This document shows, piece after piece, positions 10,351 to 19,208 of a DNA stretch of 64,000 nt. The first letter of the stretch is position 1, and every line of letters starts with the position of its first letter. This DNA is from a virus: the UHGV virus genome UHGV-1366640; one strand, 5' to 3'. A program made the translations under genes and the position numbers. Below the pieces are notes generated by a model. That model was given only the letters and a program-made list of their open reading frames with translations, ran no database searches and was not told where the DNA came from.

Positions 10351-10749
10351 ATGTTTATGAATGATGTGATTATTGCCTTTGTAGATCATCTTCTTGTTCC
10401 GATTATTATCACAGTGATTGTTCCTTTTCTTATCTCTCTTATCAGACAGAGAGTTGCTAAACTTGAGAATGATGAAGCAAGATCATTATTTGATGGTGCA
10501 CTATATGAACTTCAGGGTGCTGTTTCAACAGCTGTATCTGCTGTGTCACAGACATATGTTGATGCTCTTAAGAAAGAGAAAAAGTTTTCTACAGAATCTC
10601 AGAAAGAAGCATTCAGGCAGGCATATCAAAAGTCAATCAGTTTACTTTCAACTGAGACTTTGAATTATCTTAAGACAAAATTCTCTGATGAAGACTTTGA
10701 AGAACTCATTGGGAGTTATATAGAATCAATAATTTACAAAAACAAATAA
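10351..10749 (+). CDS. membrane protein
   Basis: 132 aa; N-terminal ~30-aa hydrophobic segment, then an amphipathic charged region. Confidence 0.45.
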   Translation: MFMNDVIIAFVDHLLVPIIITVIVPFLISLIRQRVAKLENDEARSLFDGALYELQGAVSTAVSAVSQTYVDALKKEKKFSTESQKEAFRQAYQKSISLLSTETLNYLKTKFSDEDFEELIGSYIESIIYKNK

Positions 10750-10765
10750 AAATAAACCGTTAAAT

Positions 10766-10810
10766 TTAAGAGTTTTCTATATGTATACACCGTTTATAGT
10801 AGTATAAAAT
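10766..10810 (+). promoter_or_regulatory. phage promoter-like bipartite motif (AAGAGTTT-N15-CGTTTATAG)
   Basis: Same architecture as motifs at 34636, 52786, 56965, 59111 and 62190. The block AAACCGTTAAATTTAAGAGTTT is nearly identical to 34624-34646. Confidence 0.45.
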
Positions 10811-10825
10811 TATATAGATGCTTAA

Positions 10826-12481
10826 ATGGATTGGAGAATCTACATGGCTTTGTTTAAGAGAAAAATGAATAATCCTGGAGAAATCAATTCTCCAAGTCAT
10901 GCTAAGACTGTTGAAGTCAGTGACTATTCTATCTGGCAATTGATCAGTGAGATTAGAAATCTGGCAACTTCAATAAATTATGTATATGCTGAATACGATC
11001 TCATGGCAGAAGATACAATAATTGGTGCTGCCTTGAATTTGTATGCAGATAATGCAATTCAGCAGGATAACTCATCAGATTCTATTATAGAAATTACATC
11101 AGACAATCCCGCTCTATCTTCAGATCTTAGAGCAGTTCTTTCTCGACTTGATATTGAATCTCGTCTTTGGAATGTTGCATACAATACTGCAAAGTATGGT
11201 AATAAATATTGGAAGGTTATTCTCAATCACAGTGGTAATGATATTGCTGGTCTTGAAGAGATTGATGATCCCTCCTGTGTCCTTGATCTGTATCTCACGG
11301 GTGAGCCAAAATGGTTTGCTTTCACAGAATCAGATCTTCAAATTCAGAAGACACAAGATTATGAATTGTATGACCGTGAAGCATTTATTCATTTCTATAT
11401 TCAATCTGGTAAGTTGAATGATACAATTGATCTCATTGATAATCAGCAGACTGACGAGAATGGAGATCCTCTAACTCTTAAATATCAGATTAAGAGAGGA
11501 GAATCAATGATAGAAGGAGTTCGTCTTATCTATCGTGTTCTTAAAGCTCTTGAGGATTCTCTCTTAGCAGCTCGAATTGCTAAATCTGAATATACGAAGA
11601 TTTACAATGTTGAAGTTGGTGACTCAAATGAGATTGATGCCAAGAAGATGGTTGATAAGGTTAAGAGATTGTTTGACAGCCGAATGGCAATGAATACAAA
11701 AGAGGGTCAACAATCTGCGAAGTCTTATAATCAACCTCGTCCTTTTATGGATCCTGTATTTAATTCAGTCAATAATGGTAAAGGTGCTATTTCAATTGAA
11801 ACAAGTGGTGGAGAATTCGAAGTATCAAATATTGCGGATATAGATTATTTCAATAAATTGAAATTTTCTGGTCTTCATATTACTCCGTCAATGCTTGCTT
11901 TTGAAGAGAATATTCCAGGAGGTCTCAGCGGAGAAGGATCTACAATGATCCAACAGGATATTCGATTTGCAATGTATGTAAAGAAATTGATTGTTGCCAT
12001 CCTTGATGGTATTACCGATCTTCTTAATCTCTGGTTACATCTCAAGGGAAGAGATTCTGAAATTGGTAAATTCCGATTAAAGATGGCTGTACCAAGTATC
12101 GCTGAAGATCTGGCTTCTCTTCAGGAATTGATTTCTCGTCTTGAATCAATTGATCAAATGACTGATATCATTGCAAAGAACTCTCCTGGAGTAAATACAG
12201 CGAAACTCACAAAGATTCTTCTCAATGAGTATATTCCAAATAAGGTTCTTCTCAGTAAGATAAATGATCTTATTGATGAATCTGCTGAAATTGCTGATAA
12301 GGAATCTCAAATCGCTATGGAAGAAGCAAATACAACTCTTCGTCAGTTGAAAGATGATGAGGTTCCTGCAGATGATATCATTAAATCAATGGAAGATGAT
12401 AGAGATCGTTCAACAGAGCGTGGATATGATGTTAATTATACCAGTCCATCTGATGTTGTTAAGATGATGACTGGTGATTGA
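10826..12481 (+). CDS. portal protein (candidate)
   Basis: 551 aa, acidic C-terminus. Sits immediately upstream of the protease/scaffold and capsid genes, the canonical head-module order. Confidence 0.45.
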   Translation: MDWRIYMALFKRKMNNPGEINSPSHAKTVEVSDYSIWQLISEIRNLATSINYVYAEYDLMAEDTIIGAALNLYADNAIQQDNSSDSIIEITSDNPALSSDLRAVLSRLDIESRLWNVAYNTAKYGNKYWKVILNHSGNDIAGLEEIDDPSCVLDLYLTGEPKWFAFTESDLQIQKTQDYELYDREAFIHFYIQSGKLNDTIDLIDNQQTDENGDPLTLKYQIKRGESMIEGVRLIYRVLKALEDSLLAARIAKSEYTKIYNVEVGDSNEIDAKKMVDKVKRLFDSRMAMNTKEGQQSAKSYNQPRPFMDPVFNSVNNGKGAISIETSGGEFEVSNIADIDYFNKLKFSGLHITPSMLAFEENIPGGLSGEGSTMIQQDIRFAMYVKKLIVAILDGITDLLNLWLHLKGRDSEIGKFRLKMAVPSIAEDLASLQELISRLESIDQMTDIIAKNSPGVNTAKLTKILLNEYIPNKVLLSKINDLIDESAEIADKESQIAMEEANTTLRQLKDDEVPADDIIKSMEDDRDRSTERGYDVNYTSPSDVVKMMTGD

Positions 12482-12513
12482 TAGAGAAAGCTAAATGTTA
12501 TGGAAGGAGATTT

Positions 12514-12984
12514 ATGATGACTGATAATATTCGTCAAAATAATATCTTATTGCTTGTAGATCTCATGGGAAAATCTCCAAATGATTCTTCTCTGAGAGAT
12601 GTATATGATAGATATTTGTGTGGATCAATCACAGATGATCAATTAATGTCAGAAATCATTTCTACAAGCTGCTATGAGGAAATGAAGAATTGGTATAATG
12701 TTATCAAGTGTAAACCAATCTGGAGAACTCTCAAGACAATTATGTCAAATATTGAGTCCCTATCAGATATAGAATTACTCAAAGCGATGAGTTCATTGGT
12801 AACGCAGTTGCTCATTCGCAAGGGTATCAATGATACAATGAATCTTGATCTTTTTGGGTATTCAAAACTCTTGTCAGAACTTTTGAATTATCCTGTCTAT
12901 GGTAAGATCAACCGTGATCTTGTCAAGGATATCGTCTCAAATTATCGGTTAGATAAATTCAAAGAACAAAGAGGTGAAGAATAA
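12514..12984 (+). CDS. hypothetical protein
   Basis: ATG at 12514 follows SD GGAAGGAG; in frame with the track ORF 12478-12984. Confidence 0.4.
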   Translation: MMTDNIRQNNILLLVDLMGKSPNDSSLRDVYDRYLCGSITDDQLMSEIISTSCYEEMKNWYNVIKCKPIWRTLKTIMSNIESLSDIELLKAMSSLVTQLLIRKGINDTMNLDLFGYSKLLSELLNYPVYGKINRDLVKDIVSNYRLDKFKEQRGEE

Positions 12985-14588
12985 TGTCAGATGTTGCTAC
13001 AGTTCCAAAAATTGAAGATCTCAATGATGTTTGGTCAAACAATCTTACAGTAGTTGATCAGCTCAATGAAGTTCCGTCTGGAGATTATGATCCTTCTGTT
13101 GTTCTTTGTACATTAGAAGGGATTCTTTCAGATTATGGTCGTCAAAATAGAAATGGTTATTGGTATTCTGAAGAACTCTGGGATGGTGTAATTAATTCCC
13201 CTGATTTCCAAGAGCTTGTTAAAACAAAGACTCTTTTTGGTGAATCTGATCATCCTATGGAAGTTGAAGATCGTGTTGATGTTCATTATGACTATGTTTC
13301 TCATTGTGTAAGAGATGTTAGAATAGATCGACAAGCTCAACATGTCATTGGAAAGATAGATGTACTTGATACTCCTGCTGGTCGTATTATCTTTACTTTT
13401 GTAAAGTATGGTTCAACTCTTGGTGTTTCTTCTCGTGGTGCAGGAGATGTTATCAATATAGATGGTAAACCTCAGGTTGATCCTAAGACATATCAATTCT
13501 ATGCTTGGGATATTGTTCATCGTCCTTCGAATATAAAGGCTCGAGTTCATCGTACAGAGTCTGTTGATTCCAATTCTCGTATGCTTCGTCTTGTTGAATC
13601 AGCAAAATCTGATAAAAAATCACTTACATGGATCAAGTCATTGGTTGAATCTACAGAAATTCAAGATAAGGAGTCTGTTAGAAAGAAGATCAATGAGTAC
13701 ATGGGTGAATTTCCTGTTGATGATTGTTGTCCTCCTTCCATCTCTGCAGGAGAGCGAGCTGCTTACGAAGCAACGATTTGTAAGTTAAAGAGTGATATTC
13801 AAGCTCTCAGTGAAACTCTTCTGAATTCAAATACTGAAAGAATTCAGAGTGATATGTGTAACAATAATGGATCTAATGATACTTTCATTGATCCTTATAA
13901 TAAATTAGAAAAAGAGATCAATGTTCTTACAGAAGCTGTCAAGATGAATACTGATACTCAATCTCTTGATGATGGTTCTAAGGACGAAATACTCGATCGA
14001 GTTGATGAAGTCTATGCTTCTCTTGTTAAACCAATATCTCAACTTGGTTCACTCAATACAGGTCTTAAGAATCAACTCTCTAAGATATCCACTCAACTTG
14101 ATAATCTCAATTCTGTACAATCACAGCTTTCTGCTGATCTTGTTGCTTCAGTACAGAAGTCATTATCTTCTGCTAAAGATCTCAATGACCTCGAGCAGAA
14201 ATTATCCGATTCAGATAAAGATAATGATGATCTTAAAATTCAGATAAATGATCTTAATGATCAAATTTCTGAGATGAAACAGCAGAGGATCACAGATTCC
14301 CGTAAATATCTTAAATTAAGATGTTCTATGCTTGGTCTTAATGAATCAGTCATCCGTCGTAGATTTAGAAATCTTTCTGAATGTACTTTTGATGATATTG
14401 ATTCTGAATTGGAATCTGCATATTCATCTTCAAGTTCTGTAATTGATACAGATAATTATCAAGACTCTCTCAAAGAGTCCTCTTCACCTGTTGCTGTAAC
14501 TCGTGTAAAGAGGTTGAATGAAAGTGCTGATCATCAGTCTTCTGGTGACAGTGTAGATCTTCTAAGTCTCATTAAAAATAACATCTAA
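12984..14588 (+). CDS. prohead protease / scaffold fusion (candidate)
   Basis: N-terminal region has His/Ser-containing motifs (ESDHPME ... GSTLGVSSRGAG). C-terminal half is a long acidic, Leu/Gln-rich coiled coil. Lies between portal and capsid genes. Confidence 0.4.
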   Translation: MSDVATVPKIEDLNDVWSNNLTVVDQLNEVPSGDYDPSVVLCTLEGILSDYGRQNRNGYWYSEELWDGVINSPDFQELVKTKTLFGESDHPMEVEDRVDVHYDYVSHCVRDVRIDRQAQHVIGKIDVLDTPAGRIIFTFVKYGSTLGVSSRGAGDVINIDGKPQVDPKTYQFYAWDIVHRPSNIKARVHRTESVDSNSRMLRLVESAKSDKKSLTWIKSLVESTEIQDKESVRKKINEYMGEFPVDDCCPPSISAGERAAYEATICKLKSDIQALSETLLNSNTERIQSDMCNNNGSNDTFIDPYNKLEKEINVLTEAVKMNTDTQSLDDGSKDEILDRVDEVYASLVKPISQLGSLNTGLKNQLSKISTQLDNLNSVQSQLSADLVASVQKSLSSAKDLNDLEQKLSDSDKDNDDLKIQINDLNDQISEMKQQRITDSRKYLKLRCSMLGLNESVIRRRFRNLSECTFDDIDSELESAYSSSSSVIDTDNYQDSLKESSSPVAVTRVKRLNESADHQSSGDSVDLLSLIKNNI

Positions 14589-14782
14589 AATGAAATTATG
14601 AAGATTTCTTTTGTATGTTGATGAGAACTCCCTTTTCAAGGATTTTGTTCAAATTGAATCAATTTATCAAGTTGAATGAATTTTATGAATATTTTGGGTA
14701 GATAATCATAGCATGCAATCTTTGATCAGGGTGTTCTTTATTCATTCATTCAAAAGGATAAATAAAGAAAGGATTGATAATT

Positions 14783-16089
14783 ATGGCAAGAACTCTTGCT
14801 GAATCTTATAATGGTGCTTCTGCTAAATTTGGTATAGGCACTTCTGCAAATGCACTTCTTAACAAATGGAACAAGGAAGTTTCGATCATCAATGAAGCTT
14901 TTAATGGAAAAGCAAATCCGGATAAAGTTCTTGGTACTGCTATTCTTCTTGAAAATACTGAAAGACACATTAGAAACTGTGCTACAAGAAATGCAATGTT
15001 CAGTGGTGTCCTCAATGAAGGTACGACTACAGCTGATGTTTCTTACTTCAAACAGTTTGCGTTCAACAACTTGATTGCAGTATATCCGAACCTGATTGCC
15101 CCTGAACTTGTTTCTTCTCAGCCGATGCTGTCAAGAGCTGGTTCTATCAGATACATTCGTGCTATCTATGGTAGCAATAAGGGTGGTATCAAGAAGGGTG
15201 ATACAATGTTTGGTCAGTATTCGCTTGGTGATCATCCTGCAGATGCTACATATTCCAGTGGCAGTGTTGAGGGTGAACTTCTTGGTACTGATGCTGCGAC
15301 TACGAATTTCAATCTCTCCTGGACTCCTGTAATTCCTGGAACTGTTGAAATCTTGTCGGGTGATGGTACTCTCACATATCGTGATGATTCCATTGGTGGT
15401 ATCGTATCTACAGCAGGTGCTGCTTCTGGTAGTATTGATTATGCAACTGGTAAGATCACATTCACTGCTGCTCCTGCTGCTGGATTCACTGCAAACTATG
15501 AATATGACAATGTTGATACTCTCCCGATTCAGGCTCCTGAGATTCAGGTTAAGATAGTTGAGACTCCTGTCTATGCAAAATCCAGAAAACTCAAAACTCT
15601 CTTCAGCTTTGATAGTGATGCTGACCTCTCGAATGATTTTGGTATTTCTCTTTCTGCAGAAATCCTTTCGATGAGTTCTGCACAGCTTAAGAGAGAAATC
15701 GATGATGAGATAATTATAGATCTTAGCACCAAGGGCACAGCTCCCGGGACTTCGTTTGATGCTACAGTTCCTGATGGTGTATCACTTGTTGATCACTATG
15801 CTGGTTTCCCAGCAGCTGTTGCAGTTGCATCGAATAACATCTGGAATGCTACTCAGGTTGGTAATGCATCGTGGATCATCGTTGGTCAGGATGCTGCTAA
15901 CATTGTTGAAGCTATTCCGAGATTCAAATCTTTGGGTGTAGTGAATCCGAAGGGATCTCATCTTGCTGGTTATCTTGGTAATCTTCCTGTGTATAAGTCT
16001 ACTGCTGTTGCAGCTGATGCATGGGTAGTTGGTTATAAAGGTGACAGTTTGTTTGAAGCTGGCTATATTTGGGCTCCCTATCTTCCTAT
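14783..16089 (+). CDS. major capsid protein, exon 1 (as read, the ORF continues to a TAA at 16106-16108 inside the intron)
   Basis: ATG 14783 after SD AAAGAAAGGA. 444-aa track ORF, hydrophilic and Gly/Ala/Thr-rich, follows the scaffold gene. Proposed 5' splice site after U16089. Confidence 0.55.
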
Positions 16090-17414
16090 TGAAAAACAAG
16101 TAGCTTAATTCACAATGAATTAAGAATCCCTCAGTGAACTCAGGGAAACTCCTAAAGCTCAATCTACCAAAGTCATACAGTGATGTGTGACTGGATGATC
16201 TAATCAATCATGTATGGTAACAAGGGTTGAGATGTTACAATGGACAATCCTGATCCAAGTCACTCTTTTGTCAGAGTGAAAGGAGCAACGACTATTAAGT
16301 AGAGCCAAATGGTACGGCAGTCTTGGAGAGCGTAAGTCCGTTTAATTCGAAGTGCTGATAATCATATGATATAGTCTGGTCTATCCAATACTTAATTGGT
16401 ACTGTTAGAGTTGTCAGTAGTCGAAAGACATAGATTGAATTAGTGAATTCTTATTTCCCAACATCCTCACATTGAAGGAGGTGAATGTAGTGTTAAAATA
16501 TCAGTGTCAACTGTGTGACAGATCTACTTTTAAGAACTGGAGAGATTTTGTTACACATTTACGACGACACAAGATCCGTAAGAAAGAGTATTTTGAGAGA
16601 TTTCCGTATATCTATCCAGAACCAGTTGGTGTTTATGGAGTTGACTATGTGACTTGTCCGATTTGTAATGATAATCGTGAATTTCAAAGTTTGACTCAAC
16701 ATTTGATAAATAAACATAAGATCTTAACTGAAGAGTTCTTAGTCAAGTTTCCAGGAAAGAAACTTTTCACAGAAAAGTATTCTAAGATGCGAGCTGATTT
16801 TTGTAGAAAAGGCTTGACAAAGAATTGGGCGGATCCTGAATATCGTAAAAAGAGATCAGAATACTGTTCAGAATTTTTCAGTAAAATTAATTCTGGCAGT
16901 AAGAGACCTGTTCAATCTGAAACAATGAAGAAGACTTTGAAACGATTGTGGAAAGATGAAGAATATTGTAAGAAGCAATCTGAACGAATGAAAGAAAGAC
17001 ACAAATCTGGGGAGCTTGAAAGACAAGTTCTTAATGGTTTCGGGAAGAAATGGATCAAGCATGAAACTTGGTATGGAAAGATAGCAACTCTTAAAAGTTC
17101 TTACGAAGTCTATGTTGCTAAATTTCTTGATGAAAATAAGATCATGTATGAATACGAAAAGATGTATGAGTATCATGACTCTTATTCAGACAGGGATAGA
17201 AAATATTATGCAGATTTCTATCTTCCAGATTATAATATTGTATTAGAAGTCAAAGCTTCTTGGGCAATAGATCGTTATCAAGTTCTAAGAGATAAGATGC
17301 TTGCAGTTTTAGAAACTGGTACACGATATAAATATGTCACTGAACGAGATTTGGGAAAACTCGTCAGCTTGAAAGAATTCGAAATGCTAATTCAGAGTAA
17401 CAATAACGAATGAG
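16090..17414 (+). mobile_element. group I self-splicing intron with embedded homing endonuclease ORF
   Basis: Core elements visible: P2 hairpin CUUAAUUCA-CAA-UGAAUUAAG (16104-16124); P4 CUCAGGGAAACUCC; GUAUGGUAACAAGG; GGACAAUCCUGAUCC; R-like AACGACUAUUAAGUAGAGCC; S-like GAUAUAGUCUGG. Proposed P1 pairs exon CUAU(16086-16089) with IGS AGUAG(16099-16103), including a U16089-G16100 wobble. G17414 would be the omega G. The splice is in-frame. Confidence 0.7.
16472..17413 (+). CDS. intron-encoded homing endonuclease: 2x C2H2 zinc finger + NUMOD-like repeats + PD-(D/E)XK nuclease
   Basis: Two C2H2 fingers (CQLCDRSTFKNWRDFVTHLRRH; CPICNDNREFQSLTQHLINKH). Lys/Arg-rich NUMOD3-like repeats (SETMKKTLKRLWKDEEYCKK...). 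C-terminal ADFYLPDYNIVLEVK is a PD-x6-E-V-K nuclease motif. The true start may be GTG 16490 after SD AAGGAGG. Confidence 0.55.
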   Translation: MKEVNVVLKYQCQLCDRSTFKNWRDFVTHLRRHKIRKKEYFERFPYIYPEPVGVYGVDYVTCPICNDNREFQSLTQHLINKHKILTEEFLVKFPGKKLFTEKYSKMRADFCRKGLTKNWADPEYRKKRSEYCSEFFSKINSGSKRPVQSETMKKTLKRLWKDEEYCKKQSERMKERHKSGELERQVLNGFGKKWIKHETWYGKIATLKSSYEVYVAKFLDENKIMYEYEKMYEYHDSYSDRDRKYYADFYLPDYNIVLEVKASWAIDRYQVLRDKMLAVLETGTRYKYVTERDLGKLVSLKEFEMLIQSNNNE

Positions 17415-17529
17415 TACACAACTTCTTATGGACGAAACCTTCACAGGTCGTCAAGGTTATTCGACCAGCTATGCAAAGAAGATGACAGCGTCAGACTTCT
17501 ATGCAACCAATACTATTACACATTCCTAA
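17415..17529 (+). CDS. major capsid protein, exon 2 (37 codons, unannotated)
   Basis: After the proposed splice, codon AT|T is restored (Ile) and the reading continues TQLLMDETFTGRQGYSTSYAKKMTASDFYATNTITHS to TAA 17527-17529. Too short to appear in the ORF track. Confidence 0.5.
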
Positions 17530-17740
17530 TTTTTGATTAGAGATTCTTTGAGATTCATGGAAGAGAGTTCTTATGTGTGATCATTTACCTCTCCGAAAAA
17601 GGTTTTGCTTTGTTTTCATGTGTAATTCTCTCCTTTGAATATATTTGTTAATACATTGTTTGCTACCTCCAAAATATAATATTACATTCACACAAGAAGC
17701 TTTCCATGGATCTCTTAGTGATCTCTCTGAAAGGATTGAT

Positions 17741-18325
17741 ATGATTTTGTTTAGATTAAGATATCTTGGTAATTCGCATATTTCTACGAAGATTCTTAGA
17801 AAGAATCCTAAAAGATGGTCAGAAGTCAAACTTACAGCTGATCATGATTATATATTTGATCCAGATACTGATGTTTTGTCAGAAGCAACTCTTGCATATT
17901 ATAGATCGTTAAAAAGACTGAGAATTCTTCTTGTAGATGATTCCTGTGCGGATGTCGAAGAGATGACGATCTCTCAGATTCAGGAACCAATCAATGAAGA
18001 AATTCCTGCTCAATCAGTAGATATTAACGAAGAAGAAGCTCCCCTTTATGAGGAAGACACAATTAATGATTTTGTAGAAGAAACTCCTGTAGCTGATGAA
18101 GAATCTGTTAGTGAAGAAATTCCTGAAGAGACTGCTCAAGCCAATGAGATCAGCGATGAAGAACTCTCTGAATTCATTGATGCTTCCTGTGAGGATATCA
18201 ATGCTCTTAAGAAGTTTGCGGAAGATCTCAATGTTGAAATTTCTCCAAGAGTTAAATCTGCAGAAAAGATTATTGCTAAGATCATCTCAGAAAAGAGAGA
18301 TGAAGTTGTTAGTATGATGAAATGA
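17741..18325 (+). CDS. highly acidic protein (internal head protein candidate)
   Basis: ATG 17741 after SD GAAAGGA; C-terminal half extremely Glu/Asp-rich. Confidence 0.4.
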   Translation: MILFRLRYLGNSHISTKILRKNPKRWSEVKLTADHDYIFDPDTDVLSEATLAYYRSLKRLRILLVDDSCADVEEMTISQIQEPINEEIPAQSVDINEEEAPLYEEDTINDFVEETPVADEESVSEEIPEETAQANEISDEELSEFIDASCEDINALKKFAEDLNVEISPRVKSAEKIIAKIISEKRDEVVSMMK

Positions 18326-18359
18326 ATTTGAATATTCTAAGAAATGGAGGTGAGATAAT

Positions 18360-19145
18360 TTGACGAATCTTGAGTTAGGTGAATGGATCAAAAGACAGTT
18401 AGGATATCCAACTCGGAATGTTGAGTTGACTCAGGCACAATTGGAAGATTGTGTCAAATTTGCTCTTAAGGAAGTTCAGCCATGGTTCACATCATACTAT
18501 TATCTCACTCTTGATCTTAATGGTCGTACCACTGTTGATCTTTCACAGGAGAATGTTTTTGAGGTTACAGATGTTATCAAAATCCCGAATAATCTATCTA
18601 TGACAGGAAGTACATCTACTGTCGATGATCCATTTTCATACCCATATGGAACAGGAGTTGTTGGTGGATATGGTCTATCAATGTCAACTGTCTATTATAG
18701 TAGATTGACGAATCATGATATACATCATGTAATGAGTGCATATGCTCAACAATATAATCAATCATTTTATACGAAGCTTGCACAAGTTCTTGCTCAACGA
18801 ACTATGGGGAGTCTTGCTCCTTCTTTGAATTTTCAATTCAATCGTGACAGCAAGATGCTATTCATAGATCCAGGATATCCTGCTGCAAATACAGTGACTC
18901 TCGAGTACATTCCATATCTCTCAGATGTATCACAAATTATTGATGAGAGATATCAAAGATGTGCAGAGGATTTGGCTCTTGGACAGGCTCTTATCGTTCT
19001 TTCTCGTGTTGTTGGTAAATATGATGTTTCGAATGCTCCATCAAGGATCAATTTTGAAAATTATCGTACAGATTCAGAGAGTCTGTTACAAAGAGCAAGA
19101 GATGAGTTGAAACGAATAAGCCGTACGACCTATATAACTGATTAA
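18360..19145 (+). CDS. hypothetical structural protein
   Basis: 261 aa, TTG start after SD GGAGGTGAG. Confidence 0.4.
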   Translation: MTNLELGEWIKRQLGYPTRNVELTQAQLEDCVKFALKEVQPWFTSYYYLTLDLNGRTTVDLSQENVFEVTDVIKIPNNLSMTGSTSTVDDPFSYPYGTGVVGGYGLSMSTVYYSRLTNHDIHHVMSAYAQQYNQSFYTKLAQVLAQRTMGSLAPSLNFQFNRDSKMLFIDPGYPAANTVTLEYIPYLSDVSQIIDERYQRCAEDLALGQALIVLSRVVGKYDVSNAPSRINFENYRTDSESLLQRARDELKRISRTTYITD

Positions 19146-19208
19146 GTGATCTATCCTAATAAGGATAGATCTTTAATAAAATATTTTCTAAATTAGGAGG
19201 AAATCTAT

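Noticed and set aside
10418-10663. Alternative + strand ORFs nested in other frames (10418-10663, 11148-11417, 15096-15557 and similar)
   Set aside because: They overlap longer ORFs that have good SD sites, and their translations are Leu/Ile/Phe-rich, typical of off-frame AT-rich DNA.
16109-16471. The GC-richer structured region after the capsid stop first considered as a plain terminator or leader for the downstream ORF
   Set aside because: It contains ordered group I intron core motifs (P4, P6, R, S) and an in-frame downstream exon, so I reinterpreted it as an intron core.
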